Source of the DNA: an uncultured Planctomycetaceae bacterium
GTDB taxonomy: Bacteria; Planctomycetota; Planctomycetia; Pirellulales; PNKZ01
Reading direction: 5' to 3'
NCBI GenBank assembly: GCA_964387325.1
Contig: CAYLYE010000001.1
Span: 19,453 to 83,452 of the forward strand
Length of the DNA stretch: 64,000 nt
Shown here: one piece after another, positions 48,588 through 57,939 of the stretch
Numbering within the stretch: the stretch's first letter is position 1
How the letters are laid out: the number at the start of each line of letters is the position of its first letter
Made by a program: the position numbers and the translations under genes
Notes under the pieces: model-generated
Told to the model about the DNA's origin: nothing
Database searches by the model: none
Seen by the model: the letters and a program-made list of their open reading frames with translations, nothing else

Positions 48588-49727
48588 TCAACTGCCCGAG
48601 TACGGGTTTGCCGCTGGGGCGGGAGCCATGACGGGCGGCGCGATTTGCGAGTTGCCATAGGGAGTCGCCCCCTGGGGGATGCCGTTGCTGAATTGCATCG
48701 GTGTGCCCATCGGGCCTGAGTAGGGCGCGGTGGTCGAACCCACCGAAGGTGCCGTGCCGTTGTAGGCCGGCATCGCCGAGTTATAGGTGACGGGTTGTAC
48801 GCCGCCCGTTTGAGTCGGGGTCGGCGCGGTCTGTGGCGCGGCGGCTTGCGGGCCATTCCAGCTCACGGTGCCGGCCGGGGGTTGCGGATTCGCGGCGACT
48901 TTCGTCTCGGACACCGGGAGTTGATTCCAACCGGCTTGCATCGGTTGCGCGGGCGGCAAACTTGCCGCCACCTGTTGCGGTGGTAGCAACGGGTTGCTCG
49001 GCGCGGCCGGTTGTCGCGGCTGATAATTGCCCGTCAGATAGAGCAGCCCGTTGGCAGCCGGACGCAGGTTCGGATCATGCGACAGCGCTTGATTGAAGTG
49101 AAACTTGGCTTCGTCGATACGGGCAATCTGCGTGAGTACATAACCCAGGCTGCAATGTGCTTGCGCTTCGCTATTGACACGCAGGAAGCATTGCAGCGCT
49201 TCGTCGCTGCGACCTTGTTGGCCGAGTACCAAGCCCAGGTTGTTATTGGCCGTCGGGTGCTTGGGCTCGATCGCCAGCGCCTCGCGATACATTTTTTCAG
49301 CGTCCGGGAGGCGGTTTTCGAGGAACAGACGGTAGCCCATGTCGCTCAGCAGTTGTGGCGACTTGGGGCCGATCTCGTAGGCTTGAAAAAAGTGTTCGTC
49401 AGCCTCGGTGTACTTGCCATTCTTGGCCGCCATGACCCCCAGGCGATGATGGGCCAGCTGATGCTTGGGGTTCTTCTTGATGAGCTCTTCGTAGATGTGC
49501 TTGGCGTCGGCGTCTTGGCCGCGTTGTTCAGCGAGCTGCGCCAGCGAGATCGTTTGCTTCTCTTTGCGGGCCAGATTTTCTGCCGTGGGCAGTTCAGGCA
49601 GCGTGCTCGTGAGCGCGCAGCCGGAGAGGGCAACGAACAACAAGCAGGCGCAATGTCCCACGCGCAAACTCAAGGGACGGCCGAAGGGAGTGACCAGAGA
49701 CATGACGTAACCTCGCAGGATAAACAA
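48588..49727 (-). CDS. TPR-repeat lipoprotein (TadD-like) with P/Q-rich C-terminal tail
   Basis: 379 aa with a lipobox (LFVALSGC). It has about five TPR units (AKHIYEELIKKNP..., AEKMYREALAIEP..., ALQCFLRV...), then about 140 aa of Pro/Gln/Ala-rich low complexity. Confidence 0.75.
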   Translation of the reverse strand: MFILRGYVMSLVTPFGRPLSLRVGHCACLLFVALSGCALTSTLPELPTAENLARKEKQTISLAQLAEQRGQDADAKHIYEELIKKNPKHQLAHHRLGVMAAKNGKYTEADEHFFQAYEIGPKSPQLLSDMGYRLFLENRLPDAEKMYREALAIEPKHPTANNNLGLVLGQQGRSDEALQCFLRVNSEAQAHCSLGYVLTQIARIDEAKFHFNQALSHDPNLRPAANGLLYLTGNYQPRQPAAPSNPLLPPQQVAASLPPAQPMQAGWNQLPVSETKVAANPQPPAGTVSWNGPQAAAPQTAPTPTQTGGVQPVTYNSAMPAYNGTAPSVGSTTAPYSGPMGTPMQFSNGIPQGATPYGNSQIAPPVMAPAPAANPYSGS

Positions 49728-49898
49728 CGACAGACGCCACGCCGCGGAGTGTTCGCTGTTCGAGGAGCGATTCGGCGCCGCGCCGAGGACATCGTGTTTG
49801 GATCGTATTTGTGGGTCGGTGCTCGGGCGATGGGTCGTCGTCCGGGCGGGTCGTTGCGGGAAGTTACTCGAGTTGAGATGTGTGTGATGGGTGATTGC

Positions 49899-50513
49899 TT
49901 AGAACATACCTCCGCCGCCCGCACCGCCGCCCATGCCGCCACCGCCGAAGCCTCCCAGCCCGCCACCAAAACCGCCGAAGCCCACTCCCGCGCCGCGGAA
50001 CATGTTGTAGTAGGCCCGTTCGGATTCGTACTCGTGGAAGCCGCGCGTGATGGCTGACGAAATGACGACGCGCTGCTGGGCGTCAGGCACGCCCATCATG
50101 CTCAGGGCTTGTACGACGATCTCGCGGCGGCGGGCGTCAAGTTCGGGGTTGGTGTGAATCGGGTAACGGAACTCGGACGTGTCGCGGACGCTCGAATTGC
50201 TACGTTCGATGATGACCGCAAAGTTCTGGCCGGCATTGATGCGAGCCGCGACTTGTTTCAGGTGATCTTCACCATAGGTGTTGAGCCGAGTGGTGTTTTG
50301 CAACCACTCGTGCTGGTAGACGACGAACTTGCTGGGCTCGGCGTTGTCTTCCTGGGTTTGCCAGAGCGGATCGGTAAGCGTGCCTTGGGGCGGATAGCCG
50401 CTGGGAGCGTTGAAGTAGCCGCCTCCCCAGCGGAGCGAGCAGCCGCTCATGACGTTCATGCCCAGCGCCAAGGCGGCCAAGGCGGTGCGCCATTCTCGCA
50501 GGGGTCGTCGCAT
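49899..50513 (-). CDS. lipoprotein with Gly-rich C-terminal tail (CpaD-position protein)
   Basis: It has a lipobox (GMNVMSGC) and a folded ~150-aa domain. It ends in GAGVGFGGFGGGLGGFGGGGMGGGAGGGGMF. It lies between the secretin and the TPR lipoprotein on the same strand. Confidence 0.65.
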   Translation of the reverse strand: MRRPLREWRTALAALALGMNVMSGCSLRWGGGYFNAPSGYPPQGTLTDPLWQTQEDNAEPSKFVVYQHEWLQNTTRLNTYGEDHLKQVAARINAGQNFAVIIERSNSSVRDTSEFRYPIHTNPELDARRREIVVQALSMMGVPDAQQRVVISSAITRGFHEYESERAYYNMFRGAGVGFGGFGGGLGGFGGGGMGGGAGGGGMF

Positions 50514-50583
50514 GATTCGATTTCCTTGACTCACGTCATCCGCTCCAGGGCCCTGTCGCAGGCCGCTGGCTGGTTAGGTGCTG

Positions 50584-52845
50584 TTAGTTCGAGAAGCCGC
50601 TGGCTCCGCCCGTGTAATAGCGCTCCGTGCGCCCGTACCCATTCGCGCCTCGCGCGTCGCGCACCGCACGGTTGCGGGCGTCGTACGTGTCCCAGCGGTA
50701 CTCGGGGTAGACGGTGCTGCGATGCTGCAAGTTCGGGTTACCCGTGTACGCGCCACGAATAAAGAACCGCGCGTCATCCGGCTCGGTCACTTCCATGCCC
50801 GGCAGGATTTGCGGAACCTGATCGGCTTCCATCGGATGGATCAACTCGGGGCTCACCAGGATGATCACCTCGGTCTCGTCGCGGGTCACCTTGCGATGCG
50901 AGAACAGGGCACCGACGAACGGGATATCGCCGAGCCACGGGACCCGCGCGCTCTCGCCCACTTGCTGATCTTGAATCAACCCGGCAATCGCCAGCCATTG
51001 ACCTTCACGCAAGTCGACGTTGGTCGAAGCACTGCGGGTCTGTAGGCCGGGAATACCGTTCACGCCGCTGGTCGAGTCGAGCCGGCTCACGGTCGGCGTG
51101 ACTTGCAAGCGGATGTGGTCCTTGTCGATCATCGTCGGCGTAAAGAAGATCTGAGTACCAAAGCCTTGGAAGCCCGTGGTCGCCGCGGCGGCTCCACCCA
51201 CGCCGACCACCGTCGGCACGGGGAATTGACCACCGGCGATGAAGCTGGCCGGGTAACCGTTGAGGGTCACGAGGTTCGGCTCGGCCAGGACCTTGGACAT
51301 GCGGTTGCTGCTCACGGCGCTCAGGGTCAACTGCACCTGTTGCGAGGTGAGGATGGCCGAGGCCGCGCCGGTGGCATTGAGCACTGAGCTGAAGCTGAAG
51401 TCGCCGGCCTGGGCGGCAAAGTTGGCCCCCATCTCGCGGAGCGCGGTGCGAGTCAGTTCGGCGACTCGCACTTTGAGCATGATCTGCTGTTCGCCCGGCA
51501 CGTCGAGCATGCTGATGACCTGCGTGGCGGGCATGTCACTGGCCGATCGGCCACGACCCAAGCGGTTCGTGCCATAGGCGACGCCGTTGTAACCACCGTT
51601 GCCGAAGCCACCGTAACCGGCCCAGCTCACAGGTCCCGCCCCAGGAATGCCGCCGCCCCAACCGGTCATACCCGGTCCGAGCGTGTTGCCGAACTGGTCG
51701 GTCATCTGGCCACGCAACACTTGCATGATCTGCGAGGCTTCGCGGGCATCGCGGGCCTGGCCGCGCACAATGAGCTTATCGAGCACCGCGATCAGCTGAA
51801 TGTGGCTGTTCGGGAACATCTCATTGAGCCGACGCTGCAGCTTGCCGTATTCGACGCCCGGTACATCTTCGGCGTCTTCGGTTGGCAGCACCTTGATGAG
51901 ATAGCGGATGAACGGTTGTTGGCCTTTGTCGTTTTGGCCGGGGAACCAGAGCGTGAGGGTCGTTTCCCCCACGGCGCGACCGACGAGCTCGAACTCATCG
52001 GGTCGATACTGGATGATCTCGACCACCGAAGGGTCGGTGATCGCCACGCGTGCCACATTCGACTTGAGTCGGATGAGCTCGCCTTTGCCGCTACGCAAGT
52101 TCATGCGCACTTCGGGGCCAATGATGTCGGCCACGTAGGCGTCGACCTTGTGTTGAATGGGGACCGGCGCGTCTTCCTTGAGTGGGATTTTGTCTCCCTG
52201 CGAGGCCGGTGTGACCGGCGCGGGGCCGCCGCTCGACGGGAGCTGGAACTGGCCGCCAGGACCGTTCGGCGCGCCCCCTTGGAATCCTTGCTGCGGCGCG
52301 CCACCGTTGGGAGCGACACCCTGATTCGCGGGCATCGGGCCGTTGTAGCCACCCGAGGGCGCGAACTGACCGTACGCTTGCGGGCCATAGACCGGCTGCG
52401 GAAACGCGACCTGTTGAGCGTAGCCCGACTGCGGAGCATAACCCTGTTGCGGCGCGTAGCCCTGCGGCGGAGGGTAACCTTGCTGCGGAGCGTAGCCTTG
52501 CGAATAGCCGGTTGGTTGCGGGAACGAGGCTTGTTGAGTGTAGTTCGTCGGCCGCACGCTCGAAGGCGGATAACCACCAGGCTGGTTGCCGTAGTTGTTC
52601 GGCATGCTGGTCGGAGTCGTATAGGCTGTCGGCTGCACCGACCCGCCATTCCAGCCTCCATAGGGGGCCCCATTGACCTGGGGTGGCACATAGTTCGTGC
52701 CAGGTCCGCCTGCACCGTAGGGTACCTGAGCCGACAGTGGGAGCGGTGTGGCAGCGAGGCTCACCGTGGCCACGGCACAAACTCGTCGCACTCGCGCCCA
52801 CAGAGGGCGTCGCAGGTTGGCTGTGCTAATGGTGGCTCTTGTCAT
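50584..52845 (-). CDS. CpaC/RcpA-type secretin (type II/III secretion system family) with long P/Q/G/Y-rich N-terminal region
   Basis: I prefer the ATG at 52845, which gives a signal peptide ending LPLSAQ. About 190 aa of PQGY-rich low complexity follow. Next is a pilus-formation N-terminal (BON-like) segment (RLKSNVARVAITDPSVVEII), and then the C-terminal secretin domain (GIPGLQTR..., VPWLGDIPFVGALF, EVIILVSPELI). Confidence 0.85.
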   Translation of the reverse strand: MTRATISTANLRRPLWARVRRVCAVATVSLAATPLPLSAQVPYGAGGPGTNYVPPQVNGAPYGGWNGGSVQPTAYTTPTSMPNNYGNQPGGYPPSSVRPTNYTQQASFPQPTGYSQGYAPQQGYPPPQGYAPQQGYAPQSGYAQQVAFPQPVYGPQAYGQFAPSGGYNGPMPANQGVAPNGGAPQQGFQGGAPNGPGGQFQLPSSGGPAPVTPASQGDKIPLKEDAPVPIQHKVDAYVADIIGPEVRMNLRSGKGELIRLKSNVARVAITDPSVVEIIQYRPDEFELVGRAVGETTLTLWFPGQNDKGQQPFIRYLIKVLPTEDAEDVPGVEYGKLQRRLNEMFPNSHIQLIAVLDKLIVRGQARDAREASQIMQVLRGQMTDQFGNTLGPGMTGWGGGIPGAGPVSWAGYGGFGNGGYNGVAYGTNRLGRGRSASDMPATQVISMLDVPGEQQIMLKVRVAELTRTALREMGANFAAQAGDFSFSSVLNATGAASAILTSQQVQLTLSAVSSNRMSKVLAEPNLVTLNGYPASFIAGGQFPVPTVVGVGGAAAATTGFQGFGTQIFFTPTMIDKDHIRLQVTPTVSRLDSTSGVNGIPGLQTRSASTNVDLREGQWLAIAGLIQDQQVGESARVPWLGDIPFVGALFSHRKVTRDETEVIILVSPELIHPMEADQVPQILPGMEVTEPDDARFFIRGAYTGNPNLQHRSTVYPEYRWDTYDARNRAVRDARGANGYGRTERYYTGGASGFSN

Positions 52846-53231
52846 GGTTGTATTCGGCGTCTCAACGTTGGGCGATGGCTCGTCGACCATACCGGGGTCA
52901 AGGCGGACGACGGACTGTCCCCTTCTCAAGGGGCCCAACCCGCTATCGCTGCTGCTGCCAGCAAGGAACTCGGTCGAAAACAACCAAGCCCCCCAGGCAG
53001 CAACTCTCCAGCGGGTACTCCAATCTTCGGACAAGATCGCTTGGTGAGTTGAATAACAGTTGCGCGGGAGGTGCAGATTATTCGCAATAGTCTGCTACCG
53101 CCGCTTGTAGTAGCAATGGTGCATGTAGCGGTGGTTATGAGACCCCAGCCAGCGAACCCAGCAGATGCACACCGGCGAGCGTTACGTTATCCTGATCGCT
53201 CCTGGACGCACCCCAACGGATGAGGAGCTGA

Positions 53232-54554
53232 ATGATGCCCCGCGATGGCTTGATGAAATGGATCGGCCTGTTTGTCAGCCTGATCGTCAATACCGCCGGG
53301 GCCGACGACTGGCCCCAATGGCAAGGCCCCACGCGCGATAGCGTCTGGCACGAAACACGTATCACCGACTCGCTCGAGGGCAAACTCGATGTCCGCTGGC
53401 GGGCCAAAGTCTCCGGCGGCTACTCGGGCCCCGCCGTGGCCGCGGGTCGGGTCTATATAACTGACTACGTCCGCACAGCGGGCGAACCCAAGAACGATCC
53501 CAGTGGCCGACCCCAACTCCAGGGGCAGGAGCGCATCCTCTGCCTCGACGCTGCTAGCGGCCAAGTACTCTGGAAGCACGCCTACGATCGTTCCTACGAG
53601 ATCAGCTATCCGGCCGGCCCACGCGCCACCCCCGCCGTCGATGGTGACCGGGTTTATACCCTCGGCGCCGAAGGGAACCTGCTCTGCCTGCATGCCGTGA
53701 CCGGCGAAGTCGTCTGGCACGTCGATCTCAAAGAGCGATACCAAGCCCCCACGCCCATCTGGGGCTTCTGTAGTCATCCGCTCATCGAGGGGGATAAACT
53801 CTTCGTCCTAGCCGGTGGCGCGGGGAGTGTGGCCGTCGCGCTCGACAAGCGGACCGGCAAGGAATTGTGGCGTGCCCTCAGCGCCCCCGACGCCGGTTAC
53901 TGCCCACCCACCCTCATCCACACCGCCCAAGGCAAGCAGCTCGTGATCTGGTCGCCGCAGGCCGTCAACGGTCTGCGGAGCGACACGGGCGAGGTCCTGT
54001 GGAGCGTCAAGCTCGAACCCAACTACGGCATGTCGATCAACCCGCCCTGCCAGATCGGCGAGCACTTGTTTGTCGCCGGCATCGTCAATCAAGGGGTGCT
54101 GCTTAAGCTCGCGCAGGACAAGCCCACGGTGAGCGAGCTGTGGCGCGTCTCATCGAAACTGGGCTTCGCCCCCGTGCATAGCCCGGTCGTCCCGATGAAC
54201 AACACGCTCTACGGGGTCGATCGCATGGGTGAACTCGCCGCGATCGAAATACCCTCGGGCAAAAAACTGTGGGAAACCTATCAGGCGATCTCCGCCGAGC
54301 GGCGTACCAACTCGGGCACCGCCTTCCTCGTCCGCAACGGTGAGCGGTTCTTCATTTTTAACGAACGGGGCGACCTCATCATCGCCAAGCTCTCGCCCAA
54401 GGGTTACGAGGAACTCTCCCGTGCTCATCTGCTCGAACCGACCCATGAGGCCTTCGGCCGCAGTGTGGTCTGGAGCCATCCGGCCTACGCGAATCGTTGT
54501 ATCTTCGCGCGGAACGATCAGGAGTTGATTTGCGTCAGCCTGGAGAGCCAATAG
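53232..54554 (+). CDS. PQQ-like beta-propeller repeat protein (BamB-like fold)
   Basis: 440 aa with a signal peptide. DDWPQWQGPTRDSVW is followed by repeated 'G.V.W' blades (GQVLWKH, GEVVWHV, GKELWRA, GEVLWSV, GKKLWET). Confidence 0.8.
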   Translation: MMPRDGLMKWIGLFVSLIVNTAGADDWPQWQGPTRDSVWHETRITDSLEGKLDVRWRAKVSGGYSGPAVAAGRVYITDYVRTAGEPKNDPSGRPQLQGQERILCLDAASGQVLWKHAYDRSYEISYPAGPRATPAVDGDRVYTLGAEGNLLCLHAVTGEVVWHVDLKERYQAPTPIWGFCSHPLIEGDKLFVLAGGAGSVAVALDKRTGKELWRALSAPDAGYCPPTLIHTAQGKQLVIWSPQAVNGLRSDTGEVLWSVKLEPNYGMSINPPCQIGEHLFVAGIVNQGVLLKLAQDKPTVSELWRVSSKLGFAPVHSPVVPMNNTLYGVDRMGELAAIEIPSGKKLWETYQAISAERRTNSGTAFLVRNGERFFIFNERGDLIIAKLSPKGYEELSRAHLLEPTHEAFGRSVVWSHPAYANRCIFARNDQELICVSLESQ

Positions 54555-54591
54555 TCGCGATCACAACTGGACCCCAGGTGAACACACTCCC

Positions 54592-54665
54592 AGCCGGGGA
54601 CGTAAATCCCCGGATATATTTGCCCTGTTATACGCCACGCTATCCGGGGACTTACGTCCCCGGCT
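54592..54665. repeat. 25-bp inverted repeat with nested palindromes
   Basis: AGCCGGGGACGTAAATCCCCGGATA (54592-54616) matches the reverse complement of 54641-54665 with one mismatch. Each arm is itself palindromic (CCGGGGA...TCCCCGG). Confidence 0.85.
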
Positions 54666-54699
54666 CGGATCTATCGATTCAAGCTGCACAGGACCCCAC

Positions 54700-55758
54700 A
54701 TGACCATCGATCTCCCGACGTTCGAGAACCGCCGCCACTTTGCCAGCGACAACTATGCAGGTATCTGTCCCGAGGCTTGGGCTGCGCTCGAGCAAGCCAA
54801 CCGCGGTCATGTGCCCGCCTACGGCGACGATCCCTGGACACAAAAAGCCAGCGACCTGCTTCGCGAGCTGTTCGAGATCGACTGCGAAGTGTTCTTCTGC
54901 TTCAACGGTACGGCAGCCAATGCGATGGCCATTGCCCACCTCTGTCAGTCATATCACAGCGTGATCTGTCATCAGCTCGCGCATGTCGAAACCGACGAGT
55001 GTGGCGGGCCCGAGTTTTTCTCGAACGGCACCAAGCTGCTCGTGGTCGACGGGCCCGAGGGAAAAATTCTGCCACAGAGCGTGCATGAAATGGTCACGCG
55101 CCGTTGCGACATTCATTATCCCAAGCCGCGTGTGTTGTCGCTCACTCAGGCAACCGAGATGGGAACGGTGTACAGCGTGGCCGAGCTGGACGCGCTGGGC
55201 GAGATGGCCCGGCGGCATCATTTACGCATTCACATGGACGGTGCCCGGTTCGCCAATGCGATCGCCACGCTCGGTGTGAAGCCGAAGGAAATCACCTGGA
55301 AGCTCGGCGTCGACGTGCTCTGCTTCGGCGGCACGAAAAATGGCCTGCCGGTGGGCGAGGCCGTCATCTTCTTTAATCGCGAATTGGCCAAGGAGTTCGA
55401 TTACCGTTGCAAACAAGCCGGGCAACTTGCCTCGAAAATGCGATTTATCTCGGCCCCCTGGGTTGGCATGCTCCAGAGTAACGCCTGGGTCGAACGCGCA
55501 CGCTACGCCAATCAGCGTGCTCAGCAACTGGCAGCGGCCCTGGCCTCGATCCCCCAGCTGCGGCTGCTTGCCACACCGCAGGCCAACAGCGTGTTCGTCG
55601 AAATGCCCATCCCCTGGGCCAAAGCCCTCCGCGAGCAAGGTTGGCGTTTTTACACGTTTATCGCCGCCGGTGGCGCACGGCTGATGTGCTCTTGGGACAC
55701 CCGCGACGACGACATCACCGCGCTCTGTACCGCGCTGCGGAAGTTAGCCACCGACTGA
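54700..55758 (+). CDS. ltaE: low-specificity L-threonine aldolase (beta-eliminating lyase family, PLP-dependent)
   Basis: 352 aa with FASDNY...YGDD at the N-terminus, FNGTAANAMA, and GGTKNG containing the PLP Lys. Confidence 0.8.
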   Translation: MTIDLPTFENRRHFASDNYAGICPEAWAALEQANRGHVPAYGDDPWTQKASDLLRELFEIDCEVFFCFNGTAANAMAIAHLCQSYHSVICHQLAHVETDECGGPEFFSNGTKLLVVDGPEGKILPQSVHEMVTRRCDIHYPKPRVLSLTQATEMGTVYSVAELDALGEMARRHHLRIHMDGARFANAIATLGVKPKEITWKLGVDVLCFGGTKNGLPVGEAVIFFNRELAKEFDYRCKQAGQLASKMRFISAPWVGMLQSNAWVERARYANQRAQQLAAALASIPQLRLLATPQANSVFVEMPIPWAKALREQGWRFYTFIAAGGARLMCSWDTRDDDITALCTALRKLATD

Positions 55759-55770
55759 ATATCAAATTCC

Positions 55771-55798
55771 CGTTAGCCGCGACGCGCAGCGGAGCGCG
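55771..55798. repeat. single copy of the 'CGTTAGCCGCGACGCGCAGCGGAGCGCG' element
   Basis: It is near-identical to 59393-59419 and starts 13 nt after the threonine aldolase stop. Confidence 0.8.
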
Positions 55799-55826
55799 TC
55801 ATGAGGCCGAGGGGCTGGGGAGCAGA

Positions 55827-55869
55827 GGGGTGGAGGAGTAGCGCTAACGCGACAGCGCCACTCCTCCAC
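55827..55869. terminator. stem-loop between convergent genes
   Basis: GTGGAGGAGTAGCGC pairs with GCGCCACTCCTCCAC (14 bp with one A-C mismatch, 10-nt loop). There is no T-tract. Confidence 0.45.
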
Positions 55870-55897
55870 TCCTCCACTCCTCCACTCCTGCACTCCT
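55858..55897. repeat. 8-bp tandem repeat CCACTCCT x5
   Basis: The sequence reads ccactcct ccactcct ccactcct ccactcct gcactcct. The period is not a multiple of 3. The repeat abuts the dehydrogenase stop codon. Confidence 0.9.
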
Positions 55898-56841
55898 CAC
55901 CCCACCCGATACGCGAGCGGCTTCCCCTCCAGCCCAAGCAACAAATTCTCGACCGACATCTCGGCCATCTTCCGCCTCGTTTCGTTCGTGGCGCTTCCCA
56001 AGTGCGGCGCGATCACGACGTTGTCGAGCTTGAGCAGCGGATGATTTCTCGGCAACGGCTCAGGGTCGGTCACGTCGAGTCCCGCCGCGGCAATGCGTCG
56101 CACGGCCAGAGCGTCGGTCAGTGCCTGCGTATCGACCACGCCGCCGCGGGCGATGTTAATCAATGTGCCACTGCGTTTCATCTTGGCGAGCGCCGCGGCA
56201 TCGATCAGCCCGCGCGTGTCGGCCGTGAGCGGACAGCAGAGCATCACGTAGTCGCTTGTTGCGAGCAGATCATCGAACTCGGCGTAGCGCACGCCCAGGC
56301 TGGCTTCCAGGTCCTCGCGGCGACGGCGATTGTGATACAGCACGTTCATATCAAAGCCGCGAGCCCGCTTGGCCACCTGAGCCCCAATGCGTCCCAACCC
56401 CACGATGCCGAGCGTACTGCTGTGGACTTCGCTCCCCAGCATGTAGCCCGGATCGTAAACGGTGAACTGCGGCGACCGGGCGTAACGATCCCCTTCGACC
56501 AGTCGCCGCGCCGTGGCCAGCAGCAGCGTAAAGCCCATGTCGGCCGTCGCGCCGTCGAGAATGCCCGGCGTATTACCCACCGGCACGCCATGTGTCTTGG
56601 CAGCCGCGAGGTCGATATGATCCACGCCGACACCGTAATTGCTAATCACCCGCAACTTGGGCAGCTGCTTGAGCAGCGCGTCGCCGACGTGCGGATGTCC
56701 GTAGGTATACAGCGCCACGATCTCCTCGTTAGGCGCGTTCAAGGTCGCTTGCCACGGCCGCCACGCGACCCGGCCGGCCGTGAGTTGTTCGATAATCGGT
56801 GCCAGCGGCCCATCGGCCATCACGCAAGGGATTTTAGTCAT
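55897..56841 (-). CDS. D-isomer-specific 2-hydroxyacid dehydrogenase (glyoxylate/hydroxypyruvate reductase-like)
   Basis: 314 aa with the NAD-binding GIVGLGRIGAQVAKRA motif and the catalytic R...E...H pattern (INIARGGVVD..., APHLGSAT). Confidence 0.85.
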   Translation of the reverse strand: MTKIPCVMADGPLAPIIEQLTAGRVAWRPWQATLNAPNEEIVALYTYGHPHVGDALLKQLPKLRVISNYGVGVDHIDLAAAKTHGVPVGNTPGILDGATADMGFTLLLATARRLVEGDRYARSPQFTVYDPGYMLGSEVHSSTLGIVGLGRIGAQVAKRARGFDMNVLYHNRRRREDLEASLGVRYAEFDDLLATSDYVMLCCPLTADTRGLIDAAALAKMKRSGTLINIARGGVVDTQALTDALAVRRIAAAGLDVTDPEPLPRNHPLLKLDNVVIAPHLGSATNETRRKMAEMSVENLLLGLEGKPLAYRVG

Positions 56842-57036
56842 GGATGGTTAAGTCTTCGTTGAATAATGAATAAACGTGCGATTTAAAGAGTTTCGTCAAA
56901 AGTACCTCATTCTCCAAATCTGGCAGTGAGTGCTCAACCTGCGATTTCTAAACGTGACCTTCCATAATTGCCGTCAAGTAAACCTGGGCATATATTAGCC
57001 AGATCGGTTCTCGGAATTTGGTTGGAGGGCAATCTC

Positions 57037-57939
57037 ATGAGTCGATTTATTGCACGACTTCGAGCATTGGGGAATCTCATTTTTTCGGGAAAAGGAGTGT
57101 CACAAGAAATAAAATCCATTCCAGCTTCCTTCGTTCCACCGAATATTGAACCGCTAACGAAAATTGACGCCGCTGAAATACACTACGAGACGACACCTGT
57201 ATTAATTCACGGCATAGTTTCGCCAAGCAATCAAGGTGGTTGGCCGGGACAAAACGACGGTTATCAAATACATTGTTTCTCGTTTGCTGCGTGGAAAATA
57301 GTGAATGCGCCAATCGTAAATCGAGAGTTGATAGTTATTCGGCCGGTCCCCCCAAACGCAAATTACTTCGATGATTTTCCGGAACTCACCCTCCCGTGCC
57401 TCTCTGTATTCCTTTCGACGGACCATACTCGGGCTGTGTTTGAAAACGCTTTGCCAACGGACTCGACGGATGACGAGCTATTGGCTATCGCAAGTGAACT
57501 GAGAAAACCGGTGGTCGTCACGACAGAACAATTCGGAGATTTTATTTTAGACCGTCGAATCGGCTGGTTTAGCGGTCATGCTGAATGGAATGGCACTCGA
57601 GTCCGCATGCAATTTTTACCCGACGAGAATAAATCGATAGAGGCATCGATACGTACGGCAGAAGCACTGTGGGCTGATTCCTTGGCATGGAAACAGCGAA
57701 TCGATGCTTACGCCGCCGAAAAGCTTCTCAAAACAAAAAATGAATATTGGCTAAGCGATGGGGAACCGGAACTCAGCGAAAACGACTTCATTTCAAGGAT
57801 GAAGCTTGTAGATATCGGAGTTTCTTCGGGTGGTCGCTTCGAGTTCTGGCACGACGATGGGGAGATGTTTTGCGGCCATTCCATCCAGATTCGTGGAGAT
57901 ATCGTAAACGGTCCCAGCGATGCAGATATTCCAGGTTAG
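57037..57939 (+). CDS. hypothetical protein on a low-GC islet; C-terminal half DUF2262-like (immunity-protein-like)
   Basis: The ATG at 57037 is preceded by GGAGG (57024-57028, 8-nt spacing). The C-terminal half (FGDFILDRRIGWFSGHAEWNGTRVRMQF ... GGRFEFWHDDGEMFCGHSIQIRGD...DADIPG) matches my memory of the DUF2262 pattern. The listed ORF start is 56968. Confidence 0.6.
   Translation: MSRFIARLRALGNLIFSGKGVSQEIKSIPASFVPPNIEPLTKIDAAEIHYETTPVLIHGIVSPSNQGGWPGQNDGYQIHCFSFAAWKIVNAPIVNRELIVIRPVPPNANYFDDFPELTLPCLSVFLSTDHTRAVFENALPTDSTDDELLAIASELRKPVVVTTEQFGDFILDRRIGWFSGHAEWNGTRVRMQFLPDENKSIEASIRTAEALWADSLAWKQRIDAYAAEKLLKTKNEYWLSDGEPELSENDFISRMKLVDIGVSSGGRFEFWHDDGEMFCGHSIQIRGDIVNGPSDADIPG

Noticed and set aside
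55858-55897. Short tandem repeat considered as a possible CRISPR-like array
   Set aside because: The units are only 8 bp, contiguous and without spacers. No cas genes are in the window.
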